Shown piece by piece: positions 49,991 through 61,234 of a stretch of 64,000 nucleotides of DNA. The DNA is taken from contig OZ360229.1 of assembly GCA_977017645.1 (NCBI GenBank), positions 108,934,001 to 108,998,000 of the forward strand. Reading direction: 5' to 3'. The notes below the pieces were generated by a model. It was not told where the DNA came from. It worked only from the letters and a program-made list of their open reading frames with translations, and ran no database searches. The position numbers were made by a program, and so were the translations under genes. The DNA is from Torpedo marmorata. Taxonomy: Eukaryota. The number at the start of each line of letters is the position of its first letter. The first letter of the stretch is position 1.

Positions 49991-50429
49991 TGGTTCAGTT
50001 ATTCATTGGTGAAACTGTCCAGTCACTGATGAGGATGAAGCAAGGCGGAATGAAAGTCCCTTTCCCCTACCCGAGAGAATATTTTCTAGGAGCATCATCA
50101 TCATTTGACATATGACAGCATGATTTATTAACATCAGTAAATCTGAGATTTGCTGACACATTGAACTCAATAATTCTAAAATTGTTTCAATAGACGATTG
50201 CTGGCACAACGTAATTTGTTTGAAGAATAAACCAGATTGCGATGGAGGTTCTGAAACCTTCTTGTCCATTGCTGCTATAAATATCTATCAACAGCTGCAC
50301 AGATTCAAGGGATATTTAAGTAAAAGTGCGTAATTATGTTAAGCCACAAATTAATGATATAAAGAAGATGGTCTTCGGATACTATTTAAATTGGTTTAAA
50401 TACAATTTTAAAATAATGATATGTGGGGC

Positions 50430-50660
50430 AAGTTATTTTACGCAGAGTGGTAGGTCCCTGAAATGGGCTGCCAGGAGCAGTGATGGAAACAGACATGGTT
50501 TACGAGGCTACTCTACAGACACATGAACATGCAGGGGATGAAGGAATATGGATCATGTAAGGCAGAAGAGGTCCAGTTTAGTTTGGCATCGTGGTCAGTG
50601 CAGACATCGTGGGCACAAGGATCTGTTCCTTTGCTGCACTGTTTCATCTTCTATGTTGCA
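50430..50660 (+). mobile_element. CR1 LINE 3' end remnant
   Basis: ttttacgcagagtggtagg...tggcatcgtggtcagtgcagacatcgtgggcacaaggatctgttcctttgctgcactgtt. Confidence 0.7.
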
Positions 50661-51159
50661 TGGTGACAAACTGAAAATAGATTGTTGATTTTATCAATGA
50701 ATCTTTCCTTAAAATTTCCACAGCTAAACACTACTGACAGTAGTTACAGCATGATGTCATGAATAATGTTGGTGATGGCTGCTGCTTCATTCCTTTCATT
50801 TCTTTGAGGGCCGGCATTTTCATATATTATTTCTTATTCACACACAAACGGGCAAAAGTAAGAGGACAGTGGGTCATCAAAAAAAACAACCCAGATGAAA
50901 GGCTTTCGATCTGAAACGTTCTCTCTGTTTCTCTTTCTCTTTCTGCTGCAATTTCAGATTTCAACACCTACTGTTTTTTGTCAATTTTCAACACAAAACC
51001 AAGGCTTTATTCCAAATCTGAACAATTGCATTGAAGTTACTCATCTCTGGTGGATAAGATGAGAACAAAGTTATTTCTTCTTTTACTTCTTCTTGTCAGC
51101 ATTATAGGGATCCCATCAACCCAATGGGAAGTATACAGTGCGAGCATCCATTGTGGGTA

Positions 51160-51490
51160 GCAGGATGTCACAGATAATAAAGATGCTGTTTCACAAATGC
51201 AGTGACCTTGGTTCAATCCTGACCTCTGAAGCTGTGTCTGTGGAGTTTGTATGTTCTCTCTGTGACCAAGGGAGTTTTACCGGATGCTCTGGTTTCCTCC
51301 CACCTCTCAAAAGACACACTGGTAGGTGATATGGTCACCATAAATTGCCCCTAGTGTGGTATAATCTGGGTGGGGAGACATGGTGGGAATGTGGAGACAT
51401 AGGTTACAGGAAAAATTGGCAGGTGAGCGGGATTCATTGATGAGCCATCACTGACTTGATGTGCTGAGATAGCTTCTGTCTATCTCATAA
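51160..51490 (+). mobile_element. Old V-SINE
   Basis: B-box-like GGTTCAATCC and V-domain GGAGTTTGTATGTTCTCTCTGTGACC...GGATGCTCTGGTTTCCTCCCAC. Confidence 0.75.
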
Positions 51491-52069
51491 AGAAATATGG
51501 AATACGAACATTTTGAAGATGGTGCTGTAAGGGTGAAAATGCCAAAAATCCATCACATTGATTATGATGGAATTAACTGAGCAATTCAACATAAAAATGA
51601 AATGCAAGTGTGGGTTTCCGGAAAGATAAACTACAGATCCTGCCACCTGAAGGAAGCACCTGATAATGTCAGATCTTCTCCAGAGCAGTGCACAGGGTTA
51701 ACTATCACTCATTACTTGGCTGTTGCTGTATGAGAAAACCAGGAATAAATCTTACTTCAATCCCACAGGTCTTTGTGTTTTGTTCTGTTAAACTTGGAGG
51801 TTTGTCTGATGAGTTTCAATCAACTTGGTAGCAAATTTTCATTCAGGAAAAGACTTGGATCCACCTGTGCTTCAGCAGCGTGCACAGGCAAGTTATTTCT
51901 ATGAATATATGGAAAAATGGGAGCTCACAATTATCGCCTTGTTGGGTGGTGGTTAAGATTTTCTGGCTCTCCTCAGTATATGGGTGAAGCATAAATGGGA
52001 AACTTTCTTGGACTCTCTTGAATTGAACTGCAATTATAAGGGGAGATTTTAATCTACATAGTGATTGGA

Positions 52070-52300
52070 CCATAGAACAATAGAATACTACAGCACAGAA
52101 AACAGGCCATTCGGCCCTTCTAGTCTGTGCCAAAACATTATACCGCTAGTCCCACTGACCTGTACCCATTCCATAACCCTTCAGACTTCTCCCATCCATG
52201 TATCTATCCAATTTATTTTTAAAACTTAAGAGTGAGCCCGCATTTACCACGTCAGATGACAGCTCGTTCCACACTCCCACCACTCTCTGAGTGAAGAAGT
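52070..52300 (-). mobile_element. CR1 LINE 3' end (antisense)
   Basis: catagaacaatagaatactacagcacagaaaacaggccattcggccc...cactcccaccactctctgagtgaagaa. Confidence 0.8.
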
Positions 52301-52504
52301 TGTCTTCAACTTAAATAGGGCCAATTATTATGTAATCAAAGTGGTGTTGTCTAAAATGGAGAAAATAAGTGAAGAGACAGATCAGCAGATGACAGGGGCA
52401 GATATTCAAATCTATGGTCACAACTCTATGACTCTACGGCAAATAGAATCTTGGCTGATATTGGAAAGGAGCTGGAATTTAAAAAGAGAGGTTCTGTAAT
52501 ACAC

Positions 52505-52840
52505 AAGAGACTGCAGGTGCTGGAAACTGAATTCAAACACAATCTGATGGAGGAGCTCACTGAGTTGAGGAGGATCAGTGGGAGAAAAGAATGGTCAACG
52601 TTGCAAGCCAAAACTCTTCATCAGGCCTGAGGAACATGAGGAACACAGAAGCAGTGTAAAGAGATGGGGTGGGAGGGGTGAGGCAGGAGCCTCACACGGG
52701 ATTGGTGTAACATGATGGGCAGAGGAAGAGGACTAGCAGGTGCCAAGGGGGAGAGAGAGAGAGGCAAGAAATGGGTCAGGTGGTGATAAGTCACATCGGT
52801 TGGAGTGGGTGATTAAGTTGCCAGTGCTTCAATCTGATAG
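52505..52840 (-). mobile_element. Old Penelope 3' end remnant
   Basis: agagactgcaggtgctggaaac...ggtcaacgttgcaagccaaaactcttcatcagg (antisense hammerhead-like core) followed by a G-rich tract. Confidence 0.65.
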
Positions 52841-53044
52841 GTAGAGAAGGTGAGAATGGTGGTATTAAGAGAGACCAGAGGGAGGTGGGCAGAGTGGAAG
52901 AATGCAGTGGGGAGTTAGGGGTGGGGGATAGGACCAAAGAGGAAGGGGATGACAATGGTGAGAGGTTGGGTGGGGGATGGTAGGGAAAGGGATAAAAAAT
53001 AGGGCAGGGAGTGAGAAGAGCAGAAGGGTTAAAGAAGAGAGGCA

Positions 53045-53475
53045 AGTTTTGTTACAGTTGTTGGTCAGGTCAAGCCAGCAATACCGTACATAGTTCAGTT
53101 CCCCTTACATTAAAAAAATCCTGATGAGATAGCTGTCCTATCAGGAATGGTTAGTTTGTGTCTGTGTTCCTTGGACATGAAGAATGACGGTGTTCTTATT
53201 CAATCATTAGGGGGCTTGACAATGTTGATGTTCAGATGATCAGAAATTTCTTCACCTACAGGGTAATGTATTTTTTGAATTCTGAACCCAAGAGGGGGTG
53301 AAGGCGAGGTATGTTCAAGACAGAGAATGACAATTGTTTGACTATTAAGCAAATCAAAGGATATGAGGCAAGTAGAGGAAAATGGCACAGAAGAAGGCGA
53401 GCCATGGTCTTACTGATGGGAAAGTAGACAAAGGGTCAAATATATTACTCCCACTTTTATTTCTTACGTTCTCAT
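53045..53475 (+). mobile_element. Old CR1 LINE remnant
   Basis: Degenerate CR1 C-terminus and 3'UTR ending tactcccacttttatttcttacgttctcat. Confidence 0.6.
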
Positions 53476-56475
53476 AGATTATGAAGTTTCACCAATTAAC
53501 TGGAAATTGTGCAAACAGGGATTTATGCAACCGTGATTGACAGTTACCTGGCACACATGGTCCTGTTGCCACATCCTGAGTCAGGCAGGAAAAATAAACA
53601 ATAAGAAGTTGGAAGAAAAAACATGAAGGATTTGAATGATTCATCCATAACAAGAGTCACAATGGAAATGGTGTGAATTAGAATAAACCTCAACAGCAGT
53701 ATAAAACTATGCACAAAGTTTCATTGGATGAATGAAGGTTTATGAGAATGAGAGACAATGAGAAAGGATTTTTTGTTGTTCATCAAACTCATAACATAAG
53801 AGCAGAATGTCAGGATTATTATCAGAAGATCAAAACTATTATTTGAAAAAATGTCACTTGGGGCAAAATAAGAATTCAGTTCAGAAAACTGAGGAAGAAA
53901 ATAAAGGTGAATGCACTTACCGCATTGCCAGGGAAAGTTTATTAATATATTGAATACATGAGCAAGAATGAACTTCCAGCCCTAATCTTCTTCCAACCCC
54001 TTTCACCTTAAATATATTTCAAATAAACTGATCTTCGTTTGAAAAAGTTGCCATTGGACAATGAACAGCGCACAATGGTCAACAATAAATGATTGAGCTA
54101 TGTTTTTGCTGCATTTGCTTTTAGAATTATCGAGTTACTGGGATGCCTGGACATAATGACTTTCCAGTCGCAAGGTTCACTAACATTACGATTATCAAAT
54201 CAGAGTTTTCAAAATATTGGAACGATTTAACCACCCAGAACCCTGGACATGGTGCACACGAAACAATAAAGGTCCTTGGACACTGTAACTACCTGATTAC
54301 AGGTGGAATCTCTCACTTATCAATAAGTGTGGAGTGGGGATACTACAGAATCTTTGTGAAAATGTAAAACATCACTTTGGAAAACTTATCAAATGAAGGA
54401 TTAATGCAATTTTTACACCATCTTTGGTTTCTGTCATTATCTTAATGGACTTGGATTGTCAATTTATTTGCGTAATGATTCTATATTAATTCAAATGCCA
54501 CATTTTATCAACCAATATCAATGAAACGAAGACAACTTTATTTGTTCCTTCAATAAAGTGAAGGATTTTTGGATTTGCTGGACAAAAGGATGACCAAAAT
54601 CCTTGGATTTAGAATTGACCAGGAACTTCTATGGGCCATGTGTTGGATAGTTCTCGCCATGTACAAGATTAATGCTTTTAAAATAACACATAAGAAAATC
54701 ATTCCAGCCATCTGTTGTTGATCAACACAGGCTCAATAAGCCATGAGAACTTTATAGCTAGCCATGTGCTCAACATCAAAACTGCTCATTCAAGCAATAA
54801 GAGGAAAGCAAAACTCGTGAATCAAAACAGATGCAATGTCAATTTATTTGCATAAAGACTCTGCACTATAGAATTGTCGAATTTGCCTTGTGATGAGAAA
54901 CATTATTAGGATAAATCCTGGATAAAGGTCAGCAAATAAATTAAGCCACAGGGTTAACTGTTATAACTGTATATACACACAAGTTACATCCTAGCCCAGG
55001 GTTATTTGTCAGATGTTATTTGCTGTGGTTAGTAAATAAGTAACCTGCAGATGAATCAGGAATAAAAATGGGGCTGATGTAAAAGTAACCAGCTTTAATA
55101 GAGGTCAGTAAATCCAAGTAAGAATTATGTGAGAAGAAAAGAAATTAATATGTATCAAAGAGGAAATTGCCTTGGGTGATAATTTGAAAAATTGGATTTT
55201 GAAGGCTTAGTAACATAGTTTCATTTTATGTGAAATTGTAATTGCATTCACGAAGAGTGTGCACTTCTGGGTGTTGATTGTGGAGAATCATGTATCAAAG
55301 AATATTGCCCCTCCAACCTTTAACAGGAAATGTATTTCAGATACTGACTTTTAAATTAAAACAAGGTAATTATTTTTCAATTTCTTCAACTGGGTAATAT
55401 TATTTATCGTTCTGTTTAGAGTTAATGAATAGTTTATCTTTGATGGATCAAATTAACATTCTCAATTCAAACCACTTTTGCCCACAGAGGCCTCTGCTCA
55501 AGAGGCTAATTTTCTAGTTTGGAGAAGGGTAGCATAGAACATTAAAAATAATCTTGATCATCACTTCAGTGGATGTTCAGCTGAATCATAATCTAAGAAT
55601 ATTGATGTTTACTTGCAGTCAGGCTGGCCTGTATATGATTAATGTTCCCAATTTTAAATCAGTAAATTGCTTTGACAGTTTTCCAGATCTAACAACCTAG
55701 TTGGAAAATGCCTGTGTGGAATTGATTAAAAAGACCACAACAATGAAAAAAACATTAGTGAACCAATTACAAAGCACAGCAAGAGTAACAAATTGTATAC
55801 AAACCCAACTCTGTAATATTTCACACCAGGCACTCACCAAATAAAATTCAGTCACAACAACAGACATGGCATCTATCATAATTAAACTTTACATAAACAA
55901 AATGATTCTCAAAGAAAAATATTGATGGGTGCATTTACTTATCATGTCAGGAATGTTTTCCATTTAATTAAGACAATATTCTTAAACTGTACTCAGGGAA
56001 AACAATAATCAAAACAATTAAGAACCACAAACATAAAACTTTCTTATTTTATGTGGAGTATAAAGAATTGTAGTAATGGATTTCAATTCATAAAACCAAA
56101 TTATTCTGCAATGTAAAACATGATGAATACTGTTAAGTGCACTATATTTAAATCATTGCTTCTTTCCCTCTAAATTCACAGTTAACAATATCAAAGTGCA
56201 ATGTTCATTTGTAATGTATTTTGGTTAAAATAGAATCCGTAATTTATCATGTTATCCAACCGAAATCAAGGTGTTACTTCCAATGAAAACCCAGGGCCAG
56301 GGCATGAAAATAAGCAGGAATATTCCCAGAAGGTAGCCACTCTATTTAGTTGAAAAGGAATGACAACTCCAGCCATTACAGTGGGTGTGACTAATGGTGC
56401 TTCAGGTCCCTTTACATGTATGAGGAAAAGGGGTGGGGAGGCGAACAGCAGATGACCTGCAATTGATATAAATTA

Positions 56476-57093
56476 CACTGGACAACTAAGATTTTGCTTC
56501 CTGAACATTTTTAGGGGTATTTTATGGATTTTGGGCTGCTGATCACGAAAGTTACCTGAACATTTTCCTATCTTGTAGCGTTTTGTTAGATATAAACTAT
56601 TTTTTGTGATTTCCTATCATATTTTTAACATGCTTCAAGCATAAAAAAACCATGAAGTGCAACATGTAATTGAAAATTCATTTTCTGCATTCGCACTTGG
56701 ACTTCTTCCCTGCTGATCTTGGTGCAATCAGTGACGAACATAGTGAAAGGTTTCACCAGGACATTGCGACCATGGAAAAGCAGTATCAGGGCAACTGGAA
56801 GCCATCAATGCTGGCCGACTATTGTTGGACACTGACACGAGCAGCATCAGATGCTGAGTACAAAGGAAAATCAATGGCAAAACATTTTTACGTCATTTGA
56901 ACTAATGCAAAGTGTCAGCATCATTATGCGATTAAACATGGTAAATTCAATAAAAGTTCATTTAATGTTTCTCCACCTTCCTACGTGATACAGCAGATCT
57001 GAAATCATTTTTGTGTTCAGCTTGAAGTTATCTATCATAATCTCCAATTTTTTTCAGGAAGCAACCCTTTTGAAAAAAAATTGTTGTTCAGTG
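56476..57093 (+). mobile_element. Internally deleted CMC-Chapaev3 DNA transposon
   Basis: TIRs CACTGGACAAC / (revcomp) CACTGAACAAC and a perfect 3-bp TTA TSD (56473-56475, 57094-57096). Transposase C-terminus KIHFLHSHLDFFP...SDEHSERFHQDI..MEKQYQG..MLADYCW. Confidence 0.85.
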
Positions 57094-57740
57094 TTATTAA
57101 CGTTAGTGCCCATCCCCAAAAACGAACAGCTCCGTTGCAGTGTAAACCTTTGACCTATGAAAATATCAGTTCAAGTTCAAACATCTTGTGGTTACCAATC
57201 CTCATTTCAGGTACCTACCAAAGAGAAGAACGCTTGAATTTGAGGTGCCAAGTTTGTTCATTGCCACACAGGTGTAGTTTCCATAATCCTCTTCCGAAAC
57301 ATTAAAGAAGGTGAGCACAGATATATCACCATTTTTCTTAATTTGTATACCATTGAGTCCATTAAAAAGCCTGTGAAATACAAAAATAACCTTTTAGTTT
57401 GACTTTTGCAAAATACCTAACGTATATTTCTGCAATATTTTTGTAACATTTCTAAAACATCCCCATGCATTTCACCAAGTGATCCTTAATTGGAACACGG
57501 TCCAAAATATACCATCCACAACTCTGTTTGCATTTGAGGGCACTGAAGAACCTTAAATTCTCTTTCTGCCTTAACTTAAACATCTTATGTTTAACTGTCA
57601 AAGTTTTGTGAGCTTTTCTAACTGAAATTACACAGCTACTTATAAAATGCTCAAGAAATCAGCTTGTAAAATCTTGGAACATGTGCATCAGAATGTAAAT
57701 GCAATCACTAGCATGGTGATTCATGCATCAAGTTGTATTG

Positions 57741-58534
57741 TCAATTCAAGTTCAAGTTTATTATTATCATACAAAAGTACAACTGGACGAAATAGCGTTT
57801 TTCGGGCCTCGGTTAAAAAAATGCAAACACATATATAGACATAGCACACATTCACAAGCGATTTATATGCAGTACATAGGTATAAAAAATAAATAAATAT
57901 TGTTAAATAATAGTAGATTATTGGCGGGATTGTATGAGCAGTTCCTCAGTCATTCAGCAGTCTCACTGCCCATAGGAAGAAGCTGTTTCTCAGCCTGGTG
58001 GTTCTGGCTCTGATACTTCTGTATCCCTTTCGCAACGGGAGTAGCTGGAAGATGCTATGTGCTAGGTGGAAGGGCTCCTTAATGATTTTGCGCGCCCTCT
58101 TCAGACAACGATCTCGGTAGATCACATCGATGGGGGGGGGAGGGAGACCCCATTGATCCCCTCTGCCACTCTTATAGTCCTGGGGATTGACCTCTGATCC
58201 AATGCTCTACAGCAACCATACCACACTGTGATGCATCCGGCCAGGACATTCTCGATAGAGCTCCTGTAGAAAGTCGACAGGATGGTGGTCAGTAGCCTTG
58301 CCCACCTCAGTCTTCTCAGGAAGTGCAGTCGCTGTTGCACCTTCCTGGCAAGTGAGGAGATGTTGTGTGTCCAGGATAGGTCACTACTTAAGTGGACCCC
58401 AAGGAACTTGGTGCTCTCTACTCTCTCCACTACAGAGATATTGATGTGTAGAGGAGGGTGGTCATACGTAGTCCTCCTGAAATCCACAATCATGTCCTTT
58501 GTCTTATTCACATTGAGATTCAGGTTGTTATTCT
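57741..58534 (-). mobile_element. Rex1/Babar LINE of a second subfamily, (TTGAAC)n tail, cut at its 5' side by the L1
   Basis: ORF 58122-58511 contains KTKDMIVDFRR...KFLGVHLSSDLSW...QQRLHFLRRL. Tail AATAAACTTGAACTTGAA. Confidence 0.88.
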
Positions 58535-58685
58535 AGACTTCCGCTGGTGACCAGATGATGTGAAGAAGTGTGGTCGTGAGCTCCGTGTATATTTCAAATA
58601 TTTCCCAGCTTTATAATCTTTCTTAATTAACCGAACCTTCTGCAGCTTATTTTTATGATGGATACAGAGAGTAGAAGATTATTTC

Positions 58686-60421
58686 ATGCCGAAAAAAAGA
58701 GTTAAAGTTCCTAAAATACCAAAACTTCCTCGACTCAAAGCTATGGCAGAGAGCTAAGAAGCAGAGCTGACACAGGAAGAATTTGGACTTGAACAAGATA
58801 CTCCTTTGACGTTGGGTATGGCTTCTAAAATGATTTCTAAACAGTCTGTGGACATAAATAATGCATTAAAAATGTGGGTCAAAGAGATTGGGAAGAAGTT
58901 AGACCCAGTTTTGGAATCAATACCTCACTTTGAACAACTACTTTGGAATTAGATTGGTCTGTTCTTAATGAATGGCTGGATAACCTCGTAAAACAAAATG
59001 AGACACCGACTGCTGATAATAACAAGTTAAAACAACATGCAATAAATATGGAGAGTGTTATGGACCATGACTGACCATTTGGACTGCGGACGGTCAGCAG
59101 GAAGGATGAAGTCTTTTGGAGTACACAATGGGACCAGGTACTGAAAGAGTTAACTTGCCCAGGACGGGGTGTACTCAGAGAGAGAGAGAGAGAGACACCG
59201 AGAGAGAGACAGGCTGTGGAAAGATACTTTGTTGCACTTTTGCAAAAGCAGATGCAAACCTCTGCAAAAAGCATTCAGATTCAGTTGTTTGGAGTTGCAA
59301 AGGCTGGAGAACACAGCAAATCCAGGCTTGTGCATCACAGGAGAAAAGGCTGGGAGAATAGCAAATGGCCTCCTGTATCAGCAAAATCCTGATTTAAATC
59401 AACTTTCGTGGAGAACAGGCGTGAGATCAGTGAGACCGGCTGTGAGATCCAAGTATACGCTTCAATCAAAACTGATTTGGAGTCACAATCGTCGAGTACC
59501 TACTAAAAGGGAAAGTCATCAGAGAAGAAAAGCAGGCCAAGCATTCGTAAGCTTAAACAGTCATTGTCTCTCTCTCCAAAGTTCATTAAGAAGTCCTTCG
59601 TGCCAGCACACAGAGCTGAATTTAGACCCTGAACACGGAGAGTGATTTTTGTGGACTGTATTTTTGGGACTGACTTATTTTTATGACTGACCTGGGGGTT
59701 TTGGGGAAGGTTTTCCATTTTTACATGAGGGTTGGGCACAGACTGTAATGGTCTGGGCTTTACACACACACTCTTTAGATAAGAATAGTGTTTATAGACG
59801 TTTATAGTGGGGTTAATTGTTAAGAAATTATATGTTTAATTGTCTTTAATAAATATAAATTTCAATTTTACCCCTTTTGCATTATGTCTTCTGTCGTTGC
59901 TGGTTTCAATTTGTAACAAGAGTCAGAGTCACAAAAATAATATCTGTATTATAGGTTTGAAGGAAGGGATTGAGAAGGACAAACCGCCATTAAAATTCTT
60001 CACAAGCTTACTTACAGACCTTTTTGGGGAAGAAGCTATTGGAAAAGACTTTGTGCTTGAAAGAGCACATTGTTCCCTGTCAGCTAAAGATAATTCAGGA
60101 AACCCTAGATCTGTCATTATTTGGTTTCACCATTTTCAGAAGAAAGAAACAATTTTGAGGTTGGCCCGCTCAAAAAAAGATTTAACTTATCAAGGAGCAC
60201 GCGTTCGTATCCTAGAAGATTATTGCCTGGAAATTGTTGCACTCCGCAAAGTCTACCATGAAGTAATGTCGGAGCAATACAAGAAAGGTTTTAAACCTAC
60301 CCCTCTCTATCCGGCGAGACTCAGAATAATGCATGATACTCATAAGAATTTTCTGAATTCACCAGAACCATGGGATTTTCTTAAAATGAAGACCTTGGGA
60401 TCGTCGACTGCTGCTTTATGA
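58686..60421 (+). pseudogene. L1 ORF1 (RNA-binding protein), disrupted
   Basis: Removing the LTR restores INMESQSHKNNICIIGLKEGIE...LERAH...PRSVII, the L1 ORF1 RRM/CTD signature. Confidence 0.85.
59056..59918 (+). mobile_element. Solo LTR, copy 2, inserted in L1 ORF1
   Basis: TGTTA...TAACA termini and a perfect 4-bp TSD AGAG (59052-59055, 59919-59922). Confidence 0.92.
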
Positions 60422-61234
60422 TGAACAAATTGAACGGTTGAATGTGGAAACAGTTCTTTATTTTTTATTTTTTCTTGCTGACTAGTTCAATGATAACATT
60501 ATCTAATATAAGGGAATATATTGAGAAATAGTTTTGGATCAAGCACTAAATGTCTTTAATTAATATGATCTTAGAGAGTCGGGATATAAGTAACAGTCCG
60601 GTCTTTTGTAATTGTTAAATTTTGTCTTCTCTGTGCATGCACCAGACATTCTCTATAGCTCATGTGAGCTTTATTCGATATATTGGTTTATAACTATAGT
60701 AAAGGGGACTGTTGGAAATGAGGGCTATTGATCGTCAGTAGGTTAGTTTTAATTTGGTTTTTTTCAGTTTATCAATTATGTATAGAATTTAACTATTTAA
60801 ACTAAAGTTTAACAGGATATTTTACGGTATAACTGGCGATTGTTGAAGGATCATGCACATTGGAAAACTGAAATGCTATTTAGACCTCACTTGTGTGCTA
60901 TCAGCGTTTTGGCTAACTTTCTTATCTTTATTATGGGGATGAATTATATTATACCATTTGATTAATTAGGAGCAGTAAAATCAACAGTGGAGCCAAAGAG
61001 GGCTGTATTAGATTTTTATGAGCTGGTCACTTTCTCTTTCAGTGACCCTCAAGTAAGGGAGGGGTGGGGGGGGACCTTTCTGGGTTTATATGGAAGAAGG
61101 TTGTATCTAATAATTTATTCTCTTGTGTTTTGTAATGTGGTGGAGGTTCGGGACTGTGGCCTCGGGGGTGAAGAGGGAGTATACACCAGTGCTTTCATCT
61201 ATTTTGATATATTTTAAAGTACTTGGTTAAAGAT

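Noticed and set aside
50020-50062. CTGATGAG...GAAA as an additional hammerhead ribozyme
   Set aside because: No convincing stem II or stem I/III pairing.
37518-59918. One large LTR retroelement bounded by the two LTRs
   Set aside because: Each LTR has its own 4-bp TSD and interrupts a different host LINE.
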